A stretch of 64,000 nt of DNA, from NCBI GenBank assembly GCA_963813025.1, contig CAWEXO010000013.1, forward strand, positions 448,001 through 512,000, in the 5' to 3' direction. The DNA is from an uncultured Verrucomicrobiae bacterium (GTDB taxonomy: Bacteria > Verrucomicrobiota > Verrucomicrobiia > Chthoniobacterales > JAFAMB01). The notes under the pieces were generated by a model that had not been told where the DNA came from, did no database searches, and saw only the letters and a list, made by a program, of their open reading frames with translations. A program made the position numbers and the translations under genes. The stretch's first letter is position 1; every line of letters begins with the position of its first letter. Shown piece by piece: positions 29,954 to 39,940 of the stretch.

Positions 29954-30889
29954 GTGCGAATGAAGGGAAATTTGTCCGTCTCGGTCATTATACCGAGTTT
30001 CAATCGTCCTCAACTTACATTGCGGGCGGTCAAAAGCGTCCTGGCCCAGACGTGGCCCAATTTCGAGATCTTAGTGATCGACGATGGTTCTCGTGAGGAC
30101 CAAATCTACCCAAGCGAGCTCTTCAATGATGAGCGGGTGAGAATGATTCGCCATCCGGCTAATCTGGGAGTTTCAGCAGCTCGCAATACGGGAGTGAAAG
30201 GGTCCCGCTTCCCGCTCATTGCTTTTTTGGACTCTGATGATCACTGGCTACCAGAGAAACTCGAGAGGCAACTCGCAGCGTACGACAGGCACCGCTCGAA
30301 ACACAATATCTTGGTCTTTTCTTCCTATTATGGCGAGCAGGGTGAAATGCGGACAATCTATCCCTTGAGTCCATGGAGAAGGAACCAAGCCTTAAGTGAC
30401 TTCATCTTTCTGGGTTGCGGCAGTCTAGCTACCTGCACCTGGCTAACGAGCCGGACGCTGCTTCAGCAATTTCCATTCGATGTCCATCTTTCGCAGTGCG
30501 AGGATTACGACCTGCTCTTGCGGATGGAGGCGGCAGGCGTGGAGTTTGTCTGGTGCAAAACCCCGGACACCGTGGTCCATTATGATCTAAGGGAAGATCG
30601 GCTCAGCAGTCGGTTGCGCACGAAATTTTACTCTAAATTTCTGGAACAGAACAGCAAACGTCTAACTCCAATGTCCTATGTGGTCCTGGAATCGATCATT
30701 TTGAATGCGACGGATGAGGCTTCGTCGGGAAGAAAGCTGCAAAATCACATTCGCCGTTTTCTCTCTAGCCCTCGTTTGAATTGGCTGGCAAGGGTACGTT
30801 TGGTGCTGACCTATATTATTCGACGCTCCGCTGCAAGAATGAGGCTAAGGCTCAAGCTCAGGGTGCAGAACAACAGCGTGCTTTGTTGA
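29954..30889 (+). CDS. GT2 glycosyltransferase
   Basis: VSVIIPSFNR, IDDGS, GVSAARNTG, FLDSDD, EDYDL. Confidence 0.93.
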   Translation: MRMKGNLSVSVIIPSFNRPQLTLRAVKSVLAQTWPNFEILVIDDGSREDQIYPSELFNDERVRMIRHPANLGVSAARNTGVKGSRFPLIAFLDSDDHWLPEKLERQLAAYDRHRSKHNILVFSSYYGEQGEMRTIYPLSPWRRNQALSDFIFLGCGSLATCTWLTSRTLLQQFPFDVHLSQCEDYDLLLRMEAAGVEFVWCKTPDTVVHYDLREDRLSSRLRTKFYSKFLEQNSKRLTPMSYVVLESIILNATDEASSGRKLQNHIRRFLSSPRLNWLARVRLVLTYIIRRSAARMRLRLKLRVQNNSVLC

Positions 30890-31292
30890 TAGCATATCTC
30901 AAGCAGGAGGGACTGTTTTCGGGCATGGCCCTGGCAATCGTCGACGTCGGATGGAACAAAAATCTTTAGGGTTCGCTCAGTATTGTCCTAAAGCAGGAAG
31001 GTTGCAAACCGACAGGCACTTTCGATGTGGGCTCGAACGATCGCGAGTCTGGACCGAAGACTGGCGATCGTAAGGCACATCTATTTGGCCTCGATCCTAC
31101 CTGGAGGCTGCCAATCCCGCTGCCGCAGATTGAGCTTATCGTTGCCAAGCAAGGGCAGTCAAGGAGTATGTGAGCTGGATAACTTCAGGCAATAACCAAG
31201 GTGCAAAAGTTGGAGCAAGTAGATGTTAAGGATTTGCTCATGGAGATGTTTTTTCAACCAAGCATCGGCAAGGTTATGGGTTATCCTGATGC
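30886..31292 (+). pseudogene. Relic resembling the C-terminal region of EPS-locus HAD-family proteins
   Basis: YLKQEGL..AIVDVGW..*GSL and MEMFF...G.V.GY, with stops. Recognised by resemblance only. Confidence 0.35.
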
Positions 31293-32741
31293 TGACCTGA
31301 CCCCCAAAAAAGTAGAGATGTGAAAAAATGCAGTTCTGCCCGATAAGAAGGAGCAGAACCAATGAAAAGAAGTCGATTCAGTGAAGAGCAAATCATCGGA
31401 GTGCTGAAGGAAGCTGGAGCAACGACAGTCAAGGGCACGTGCGCCAAGTACAACATCAGCGATGCGACCTATTACAACTGGAAGCGCAAATACAGTGGGA
31501 TCGATGTGGATGCAGCGCGGCGATTGCGAGCGCTTGAAGACGAGAATGGACGGCTGAAGCGATTGGTGGCCGAGTTGTCGATCCAGAATCAGATCCTCAA
31601 AGAGGTCAATTCAAAAAAATGGTAAGTCCGTCAAGCCGGCGACGGGCTGTAAGCTACATAGTCGAACAAGGCTTGGGCAGCGCCGCCCAATGCTGCCGAG
31701 CCCTTGGGTTGGCGCGTTCGAGCTATTATCGCAGGAGTCGAGTCAGTACAAAGCGAGTGCTCATGAAGCAACGGATTATCGAGTTGAGTGAAGCGCATCC
31801 CCGGTATGGCTATCGACGAGTCAGGGCGTTACTGCGTCGAGAAGGCCAACGGGTCAATACCAAGTGTGTACAGCGGATTCGGCGCCAGGAAGCTTACGGG
31901 TACGCAAGAATCAACGCGCGACTCGACGGGTTGGAATCTCGACGGCGCTTCGCCAACGAGCCGAGCGTGCCAATCAGGTCTGGAGTTGGGACATCATTCA
32001 TGATCAGACCGAGGCAGGAAGCACATTACGTATCCTGACCCTCATCGATGAATGCACCAAGCAGTGTTTGGCCATCGAAGTGGGCCGATCAATCCGAGCA
32101 GTTGATGCAATCAGAGTCTTGGGCAGAGCGATCCAACGCTACGGTCAGCCTGAACAAATCCGCAGCGACAATGGCCCGGAGTTCATCGCCCAAGCAATTC
32201 GACAATGGATGAGGACAAGTCAAATTAAGAGCTTCTACATCCAGCCTGGTTCGCCTTGGGAACAAGCTTACATCGAGAGCTTTCAAGATAAGTTTCGCGA
32301 CGAGTGCTTGAATGGGGAGCTCTTTGGAACGCCGGCCGAAGCGCGTGTGGTCATTGAGAGCTGGCGAAGAGAATACAACCAGCAGCGACCACATAGCGCG
32401 CCGGGTTATCTGACGCCCGATGAGTTCGGCGCTCTGCAACCCGGAGCCACAACATCTTGCGAGCGCCAAAATGGGTGGCTGAAAACAAAAGGCACCCGCT
32501 GGACTTCGGTCACACTCGGCTCCAATGCGCGACTTATCCACAATCGCCTTTCTCCGGCCCGTCGCGCTGCTGCGACGTCACGGACCCGTACCGGGCATTC
32601 TCGCAGCACGCCGGTCCGGGGCGATTGTGGATAAGTCTGGACGCCGGCTTGTACTCACCTTTCGATCCCGAGAAGAACAGAAACAGAAAAAAGAACTGCA
32701 GAACTGTAATTTAGAATTGTCCGCTCTGCGGGGTCACGGCA
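31293..32741 (+). mobile_element. IS3-family (IS407 group) element with 4-bp target duplication ATGC
   Basis: Ends TGACCTGACCCC and TGCCGTGACCCC. ATGC at 31289-31292 and 32742-32745. orfA MKRSRFSEEQIIGVLKE (31362-31625), A7-TGGTAA slip site, orfB WSWDII, RSDNGPEF, PGSPWEQAYIESF. Extra frameshift near 31890. Confidence 0.93.
32531..32637. repeat. 107-bp hairpin with a perfect 18-bp IR containing TTATCCACA
   Basis: GACTTATCCACAATCGCC (32531-32548) pairs with GGCGATTGTGGATAAGTC (32620-32637). Inner stems TGCTGCGA/TCGCAGCA and CCCG/CGGG. Confidence 0.85.
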
Positions 32742-32772
32742 ATGCGCCGCACCGAAATCCAATCCGCGCAGC

Positions 32773-33606
32773 ATGAAGGTTTCGCTTATTTTGGGGACAA
32801 AGGCTCGGGTAAAGGAGGTTGACAGATTACTTCGATCGTTAGCTGATCAGGGCTACGACGATTTTGAGCTAATTGTCGTAGACCAAAACGAAGACGACCG
32901 ACTCAAAAGCATATTACTTGGCTCGAAGATTTTTTCTCACATCATACATTTAAGGTCCGAACCAGGGATCTCCCGAGCACGAAATATCGGTTTAGGCTCA
33001 GCAATAGGTGACATCATAACGTTTCCAGACGATGATTGCTGGTATCCAGAGGGACTGCTCGCCTGGGTTCTCTCGGAGTTCCAGAACCATCCATCAGTCG
33101 ACGGTCTGACTGGACGTTCGGAAGACGGACGAGGACAAGCTTCTGGAGGCTCCTTCAAACGTCGCCAAGGCCGAGTCGATGTAAGGAACGTATGGAAGCA
33201 AGGGATTTCTTACACGATTTTTTTGCGATCGTCGGTCTGTGTCGCTGTAGGGGCTTTTGATGAAGAATTGGGCGTGGGAGCGTCCACCCCCTTCGGCTCA
33301 GGGGAAGAGACCGACTATCTCATTCGGGCGATCAAATTAGGATTTAATATCCAATATTTACCAGAACTGATAGTTTCTCATCCAAATCCGATTTTATATG
33401 ATCGAAATCACTGTAGTAAGGCGTTTCGTTACGGAGTCGGAATGGGGCGGGTGTTATCCAAGCATCGCTACAAGCTTTCCTTCAATCTTTATGCCATTTT
33501 GCGACCAGTAGCCGGCGCTTTAGTATCCCTGCTCACATGGCGAGCCCGGAAGGCCAGGTACCACCTGGCAATCGCGCGAGGCCGGCTATGCGGCTTATGG
33601 TCGTAG
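32773..33606 (+). CDS. GT2 glycosyltransferase
   Basis: LIVVDQN, GISRARNIG, FPDDDCWY, FDEELGVG, GEETD. Confidence 0.92.
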   Translation: MKVSLILGTKARVKEVDRLLRSLADQGYDDFELIVVDQNEDDRLKSILLGSKIFSHIIHLRSEPGISRARNIGLGSAIGDIITFPDDDCWYPEGLLAWVLSEFQNHPSVDGLTGRSEDGRGQASGGSFKRRQGRVDVRNVWKQGISYTIFLRSSVCVAVGAFDEELGVGASTPFGSGEETDYLIRAIKLGFNIQYLPELIVSHPNPILYDRNHCSKAFRYGVGMGRVLSKHRYKLSFNLYAILRPVAGALVSLLTWRARKARYHLAIARGRLCGLWS

Positions 33607-33679
33607 GAAGACAACCTTACCGGGGCGCGCGGCTAATGGGCGGCCAGACCGGTGTTAATCTGTGTAATTGTGTTAATCT

Positions 33680-34582
33680 GTGGTTCCAATGGGAAGTGTT
33701 GACATAGCCATCATCATCGCGACAAAAGGTCGCCCTGAAACCCTGGCGGAGACGCTCCACTCCATCAAGCGGCAAACCCGCCCCGCTGCTCATGTTTACG
33801 TTAGCGTTAGCGCCCTCGAAGACGCTCCCCCGGGCGATTCTGCGGAAGGAACTATTGTGCTCGTCGGCTCGGCTGGAGGAAGCGCGCAGCGTAACGCCGC
33901 CATCCGGCAAGTGCCTCCCGAGGTGAAATACATTGCGTTTTTCGATGACGATGTGGAGATCCATCCCTCCTATCTCGAACAGGCGGTGAGGTTTTTCGAA
34001 AAAAAACCAGATGTAGTGGCAATTTCCGGCATGATGCTTGCCGACGGGAATATCTCTCGGGAGGCGGCCCGCGCTCTCTTGGAACAGGATGCGACCTGGG
34101 TGAGTAATCCTTACCTGCAGGACAGCGGGCCTCATCATGTTCTGTATGCCTGCAACGCGGTCATCAGAGCGGGGCCGCTGCGGGAAACGCTATTCGACGA
34201 AAATTTGCCGCTCTACAGTTACGGCGAAGACTACGAACTCTCTCTGCGCCTCAAGAAATTCGGGCGGGTCGGCCGCCTGTCCAACGCAGTCGGCGTCCAT
34301 TTGCAGACGCAGACCGCGCGTATTTCAGGCAAACGATATGGTTACGCCATAATCGCTAACAATTGGTATTTTCTCCAGAAAGGGGTGTGTCACCTTGCTG
34401 CTCCCTGGAGTTATGTCCGTTTCGTGCTGATCGTCGTCCTGAAGCCACTTTGGATCAACTTGAGGAATGCCCTTTCCGGGCAAATACAACGGGACCCTTG
34501 GGGACAGATTCAAGGCAATCTGCTTGCCGTCGTCGACATCATCTGCGGACGATCTTCTCCCCAGCGGATCCTTGATCTTTGA
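33680..34582 (+). CDS. GT2 glycosyltransferase (paralogue of 49346-50275)
   Basis: IATKGRP, QRNAAI, FFDDDVE, FDENLPLYSYGEDY. Confidence 0.9.
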   Translation: MVPMGSVDIAIIIATKGRPETLAETLHSIKRQTRPAAHVYVSVSALEDAPPGDSAEGTIVLVGSAGGSAQRNAAIRQVPPEVKYIAFFDDDVEIHPSYLEQAVRFFEKKPDVVAISGMMLADGNISREAARALLEQDATWVSNPYLQDSGPHHVLYACNAVIRAGPLRETLFDENLPLYSYGEDYELSLRLKKFGRVGRLSNAVGVHLQTQTARISGKRYGYAIIANNWYFLQKGVCHLAAPWSYVRFVLIVVLKPLWINLRNALSGQIQRDPWGQIQGNLLAVVDIICGRSSPQRILDL

Positions 34583-34610
34583 TGAGCGGTCGAAAACGAG
34601 GTTGATCAGC

Positions 34611-34700
34611 GTGCGTATCATGCATTTCTTGAATCACACCCGATCAAGCAACGGTGATGTGCATGTTGCCGTCGACCTGGGATACGTTCAGTCAAGGATC
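34611..34700 (+). pseudogene. N-terminal stub of a GT4-like gene (repeat copy 1)
   Basis: MRIMHFLNHTRSSNGDVHVAVDLG. 30 bp are identical to 39516-39545. Confidence 0.6.
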
Positions 34701-34860
34701 GCGCATTCGGCTGGATCATTTTTACTGTCGATCGCGCTGCTAAAGAGTGCGAATCTGTATACGATAGTCTGTTAAATTAAATAAGCGCGCCAATCTCGAT
34801 CTTCAGGGAAACTGCCATGTCTGTTTCGCCGTTCCAAAACATAGCCTTATATGACACATA

Positions 34861-35990
34861 CTAGTACTTAGTTGCTTTAGTTCTTTATATTTATGAAAAA
34901 TTATGATTTGTTGGATGGATGGCAATGGGTTGCATCAAACTTTCTGTGGAAAACCGCAAGCTCTTGGAGGGTTGGAGTCGAGCGCAACGGGTCGAACACC
35001 GGCTCAAGGTCAGGAGTCAGATTATCTTGAAGGCGGCAGCGGGCTTGAGTGGACGTGCGATTGCCAAGAGCCTGCGCATTCCCGAGGTGACGGTGAGTAA
35101 ATGGCGGCGGCGCTTTGTGCGCCAAGGCCTGGCTGGCTTGGAAGACGCGCCACGCAGTGGAAAGCCGGCCAAGTATGATCAAATGACGGTCAAGCGGGTC
35201 TTGGCGCTGCTGGATGAAGATCCACCGGCGGGCTACGGGCGCTGGAATGGGCGACTGCTGGCGCAGAGTCTGGCCGATGTTTCCTCCGATCAAGTCTGGC
35301 GCATTTTGCGCCAACAAGGCATTGAATTGGAACGGCGCCGCAGCTGGTGCATTTCCACCGATCCGGAGTTTGTGCGCAAGGCCGCTGACATTGTCGGTCT
35401 TTATCTCAATCCGCCCCAGAATGCGCTCATCTTGGCCATTGATGAAAAACCAGCCATTCAAGCCCTGGAAAGAGCCCAAGGTTGGATTCGCTTGCCCAAT
35501 GGCAGGGCGCTGACGGGTTTTAGCCACGAGTACAAGCGCCATGGCACCTCCACTCTCTTTGCCGCCCTCAACATTGCCAGCGGCCAAGTGCAGGCTGGTC
35601 ATTACCGGCGCCAGCGCCGACGGGAATTCCTGGAGTTTATGAACCAGGTAGTTGCCGGAAATCTCGACAAAGAAATTCATGTGGTCTTAGACAACCTTGC
35701 GACCCATAAGCCAAAGCAAGATCGCTGGTTGAAGGCTCACCCCAATGTGCATTTTCATTTCACTCCAACCCACGCTTCTTGGCTCAACCAGATTGAGATC
35801 TGGTTTAGTATCTTGAGCCGCCAAGCCCTCCAGGGGGCAAACTTCACCAGCGTGGCAGAGCTGCGCAACGCCATCGACACCTTCATCAAGAACTACAATA
35901 ACAATGCGGCTCCCTTCGAATGGACCAAATCCCAGGTACATCAGGGGAAAGTCGCCATACATATAACTAACTTACGCAATTAGGCACTAG
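34861..35990 (+). mobile_element. IS630-family element with intact 354-aa transposase (34919-35983)
   Basis: IRs CTAGTACTTAGTTGC and CTAGTGCCTAATTGC. Motifs AIDEKPAIQAL, VLDNLATHK, WLNQIEIWF. Confidence 0.93.
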
Positions 35991-36012
35991 AATCTCTGCG
36001 GCGCTCGTTTTT

Positions 36013-36882
36013 TTGGTGATATTCAGCTCGCCCCGGTTCTCCTCGCTGCAGGCCCAGGTGAAAGAGGGGGCCAAATGGCTTTCAGGCCCCGATCTTAGCG
36101 GTTATACATTGACCTTTGACGAGGAATTTAGCAGGCCACTGAGTGTATCAGGCTACGGACCGGGCACGAAATGGATTGCGCACACTCCGTACGGAGGCGA
36201 CTTTGGAGATGCCTGGTTTACCGATCCGACGGATTCGCCTTCGCCGTTCAAGATTAAAGATGGAATTCTGGATATTACAGCTTCGAAGGACCCCAAGCAC
36301 AACAACCACTGGAGGTCTGGGCTTTTGTCTTCGGTAGATACCACCGGAAAGGGCTTTTCTCAAGCCCTCGGTTACTATGAGGCACGGATGCAGCTTCCTG
36401 CGGGGCCGGGCGTTTGGCCGGCTTTTTGGCTCAATGGTCTGGGGAATCTGAAGACTCCAAAGACGAAATTTGCCGAAGTCGATATACTCGAAGAATATGG
36501 AGTCGATCCCCGGATTGCGCATCAGACCGTTCATGTCTGGAATACCAATGGGAGCGAATACTCCGCGATAGGCCATTCGAGCGCGTGTCAGGGAATGACG
36601 ACTGGTTTCCATACTTACGGTGCGTTGATCAAATCAGATTATATTCACTTTTACTTTGATGGGGTGGAACAATGGAAAACGCCGACTCCGCCCGAGACGA
36701 AAGAGCCGCTCTATGTCATGGTGGACCTCGCCTTGGGAGGAGGCTGGCCCATTGACCAGACACCCGATCCATCTCATCTCTATGTCAAGTACATCCGCGT
36801 CTACGCACCTCCTGGCGGCGCCACACTTTCCGGTACCGGACGAAACATCGGTTCAGTGAATGATCGGCGCGACCCCTTATAA
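36013..36882 (+). CDS. GH16 glycoside hydrolase, separated from its native start (ATG 34851) by IS630
   Basis: LTFDEEF, GYYEARMQLP, GVWPAFWL, catalytic EVDILE, FHTYG, FYFDG. Confidence 0.9.
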   Translation: MVIFSSPRFSSLQAQVKEGAKWLSGPDLSGYTLTFDEEFSRPLSVSGYGPGTKWIAHTPYGGDFGDAWFTDPTDSPSPFKIKDGILDITASKDPKHNNHWRSGLLSSVDTTGKGFSQALGYYEARMQLPAGPGVWPAFWLNGLGNLKTPKTKFAEVDILEEYGVDPRIAHQTVHVWNTNGSEYSAIGHSSACQGMTTGFHTYGALIKSDYIHFYFDGVEQWKTPTPPETKEPLYVMVDLALGGGWPIDQTPDPSHLYVKYIRVYAPPGGATLSGTGRNIGSVNDRRDPL

Positions 36883-37029
36883 TAGTTGGACGATCAGGCG
36901 AGCGATTGTACGGATCGCCATACACGGTCCAACGTGTATCCGTTTTGCCAAGCCGTCTTCTGCTGATCATCGTGGTGCAGCGACTGTGGATAAATTTAAG
37001 GGGAAGCGACGCGAGCATCCAGTCCTCCA

Positions 37030-38058
37030 ATGATGTTAGAACCTTGTGTTAATCTACGTACGCTTGGATACCGCATCACGGGTGTTCAGAGATATTTGCT
37101 CAACCTTTTGCCTTACATGCCTGCGGAGTTGGGTTCAGTGAAACCGTCACACGCGTTGCAGGGGATGAAAGGCCATCTCTGGGAGCAACTTTACCTCCCT
37201 ACTCAACTACGGCGCCGGCTGCTGTGGAGCCCCGGGAATACCGGCCCTCTTGCAGTAAGCCGGCAAGTGTTGACGGTACACGATGCTGCCAGTCTTGATC
37301 ATCCTGAATGGTTCGAGCGGAAGTTCGCTCTGTGGTATGGAGCTTTACTGCCACGTCTGATCCGGAAGGTGCGCGCGATCATCACGGTTTCTCATTTTTC
37401 CAGGGAACGGATCGTTCGGCACACGGGGGTGGCACCAGAGCGTGTTCAAGTTATCTTCAACGGAGTTGACCGATGTTTTCGCCCGGTAGATCCCAAGATC
37501 GTCGAACAGGTGAGGACGGAATTGGATCTCAATGGTCCATACATTCTGTTCGTGGGTTCACTTGAGCCTCGAAAGAATTTAAAAACCCTGCTGAAAGCCT
37601 GGCGGTTGGCCGGTTTTGACAGAACAACCTTGGCGGTGGTGGGAGCGAGCGGCCATCTTTTCGCCAGATTGCAGTTCGACTCCATACCGGACAGAGTCCG
37701 ATTCCTCGGCTCCGTGGAGGACGAAGTACTACCGGCTCTTTATTCTGGCGCGAGGGGATTCGTTTATCCTTCTCTTTATGAAGGATTCGGCATGCCTCCA
37801 CTCGAGGCCATGGCCTGCGGCTGTCCGGTTATCGTCTCGGATATTTCCGTGCAGCGAGAAGTATGTGGAGCAGCTGCTACCTATTTTGACCCGTTCAGGC
37901 CGGAAGATATTTTAAGCAAGTTGGACGCCATGTTGCGGCTTGATCCAGCGGCACGAAGGTCGGTGGTAGAATGCGGACTGCACCGCGCGGCTGGCTATCG
38001 TTGGGAGACCGCTGCCTCGGAGACGTGGCGCTTACTTGAGACCGCGTTGAGTAGCTGA
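37030..38058 (+). CDS. GT4 glycosyltransferase (WbpY/mannosyltransferase-like)
   Basis: TGVQRY, TVHD, VGSLEPRKN, PSLYEGFGMPPLEAMACG. Confidence 0.93.
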   Translation: MMLEPCVNLRTLGYRITGVQRYLLNLLPYMPAELGSVKPSHALQGMKGHLWEQLYLPTQLRRRLLWSPGNTGPLAVSRQVLTVHDAASLDHPEWFERKFALWYGALLPRLIRKVRAIITVSHFSRERIVRHTGVAPERVQVIFNGVDRCFRPVDPKIVEQVRTELDLNGPYILFVGSLEPRKNLKTLLKAWRLAGFDRTTLAVVGASGHLFARLQFDSIPDRVRFLGSVEDEVLPALYSGARGFVYPSLYEGFGMPPLEAMACGCPVIVSDISVQREVCGAAATYFDPFRPEDILSKLDAMLRLDPAARRSVVECGLHRAAGYRWETAASETWRLLETALSS

Positions 38059-38080
38059 GCTGAGAGGCGAAGCACCATCG

Positions 38081-38323
38081 CGGTCAGCTCGGAAATCTGA
38101 CCCTACCCGAGCCGCACAACCGGAGCAAGAGCAACTTCGGTTTGGTAGGGTCGCATCTCCGAGGCGACCGCCCCCGGCGCAGCTCGCCCCCCTCGTCCAG
38201 CGGCCGCCGGACTACGGAACTACGGCGCCCCCTGAAGAATTGCGTTGCATCAATTCTTGAGGGCCACGTGATCGGATCTGGACCGACATAGCTTCGGCGA
38301 CGTCGGCGAGATCTGACCCTACC
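38081..38323. repeat. Cluster of three GTAG-type REP elements (inverted pair plus third copy)
   Basis: GGTAG-GGTCAG-ATTTCCGAG-CTGACC (minus, 38081-38107), GGTAG-GGTCGC-ATCTCCGAG-GCGACC (plus, 38144-38170), and a degenerate copy ending at 38323. Confidence 0.8.
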
Positions 38324-38352
38324 AGAGGTCGCGGCAGCAATACCTAGAAGAT

Positions 38353-39495
38353 ATGCGAGTAGCGATAGTTCATCATTGGTTCATTTCTCGTGCTGGTGGC
38401 GAGCGGGTAGTCGACACCATCGCAACCCTTTTCCCCAGCGCCGACGTATTCACCCTCTTCCTCGAGAAGCAGAAGCTTTCGCCGGCGCTACACAAACATA
38501 AGATAACCACATCCTTTCTCGACAAAGCTCCAGCAGCGCGCAGAGCACATCGCCACTTTCTACCATTTTTTCCGCTAGCGGTTGAAATGTTAGATCTGAG
38601 CGGTTATGACCTGGTCATCACTTCCGATAGTGGGCCCATGAAAGGCGTGCTTACGGATCCCCAGGCAACGCATATCTGCTATTGCCATTCTCCTATGCGT
38701 TACCTCTGGGATGGACACTCTGCATATCTGCGCGGCATGTCCCCGCTCACCCAGACAATCTTCGGGATTGCGTCTCATTATGTCCGGAACTGGGACTACG
38801 CTGCAGCGCAGAGAGTAGATCACTTCATAGCGAATTCCCGCTATGTCGCTGGGCGTATTCGCAAGTATTATCGGCGCGACAGCACCATCATTCATCCGCC
38901 CATCAATACTTCCCAAGGTTTCCTCGCCACCAATCATGAAGATTACTACCTGGCGGTCGGACGGCTGGTTCCGTACAAACGCACGGATATCTTAGTGGAC
39001 GCTTGTCGGGAGCTAGGCAGAAAGTTAGTGATTGTGGGCGATGGATCGGAAATGAAGCGGCTCAAGAAACGTTCAGGGAAAAATGTTGAATTCCTGGGAG
39101 AGGTTGACGAATCCCAATTGAGAAATGTCTATGCTCATTGCCGGGCGCTCCTCTTCGCCGCTGACGAAGATTTTGGCATAGTACCATTGGAGGCGCAATC
39201 ATACGGCCGGCCAGTGATCGCATTTGGAAAAGGGGGTTCCCTGGAAACGGTCATCGGTACCTATACCCCGATTCTGGAGGAGAAAACCGGAGAAGATGAA
39301 GCGATTACCGGCATCTTTTTCCGGGAACAAACAGCCGCTTCGCTCGCCAACGCAATTCTTTCCTTCGAGTCCTGCGAGGAGATGTTCCTTCCCCACCATA
39401 TCCAGTTACATGCCCGCCATTTTGACACCTCTATTTTTCTAGATCGCATGCGGAACTATATAAATTGCGTAACGGCACAACCCTGTAATTCTTAA
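38353..39495 (+). CDS. GT4 glycosyltransferase (WbaZ-like)
   Basis: MRVAIVHHW..GGERV, YCHSPMRYLWD, GRLVPYKR, EDFGIVPLEAQSYG. Confidence 0.93.
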   Translation: MRVAIVHHWFISRAGGERVVDTIATLFPSADVFTLFLEKQKLSPALHKHKITTSFLDKAPAARRAHRHFLPFFPLAVEMLDLSGYDLVITSDSGPMKGVLTDPQATHICYCHSPMRYLWDGHSAYLRGMSPLTQTIFGIASHYVRNWDYAAAQRVDHFIANSRYVAGRIRKYYRRDSTIIHPPINTSQGFLATNHEDYYLAVGRLVPYKRTDILVDACRELGRKLVIVGDGSEMKRLKKRSGKNVEFLGEVDESQLRNVYAHCRALLFAADEDFGIVPLEAQSYGRPVIAFGKGGSLETVIGTYTPILEEKTGEDEAITGIFFREQTAASLANAILSFESCEEMFLPHHIQLHARHFDTSIFLDRMRNYINCVTAQPCNS

Positions 39496-39514
39496 ATTCT
39501 AAAGGTTGATCAAA

Positions 39515-39567
39515 ATGCGTATCATGCATTTCTTGAATCACACCCAGCCGAGTAACGGTCACGTGCC
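39515..39567 (+). pseudogene. N-terminal stub of a GT4-like gene (repeat copy 2)
   Basis: MRIMHFLNHTQPSNGHV, a duplicate of the 34611 stub. Confidence 0.6.
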
Positions 39568-39940
39568 CTCCGGGACACACCGCCGCCAACTCACTGCACT
39601 CGGACGAAGGACGGCGCTGTTCTCAGGTTGGATTTTATTGGCCAGGCCACAGACTTGGAACTGATTTAAGTGACACGTCAAAATGTAGTGTTTGCGTCGG
39701 AAACAGTACTATGATTCACTTGCTCGTCGTTTTTCCGTTTCAGTACCGTTGCAGCAAGTCACGAGCGAGTCATATCCAGTGGTGGTGATGCCGAGTTTTG
39801 AGGGAGCCAAACTGAACGCAAAAAGCCAGGTGCCTGCGGAGATTGGCGACGTGACTATCACTTTCAACGATGGCCGGAGTTCGAATATATGCGTCTCTGC
39901 TGGATTACGGTCGCGCGCGCGCGGATAGCTATTCTTCTCC

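Noticed and set aside
36985..36993. Single DnaA box TGTGGATAA as a replication origin
   Set aside because: It is isolated, with no box cluster, AT-rich unwinding element or rep/dnaA gene.
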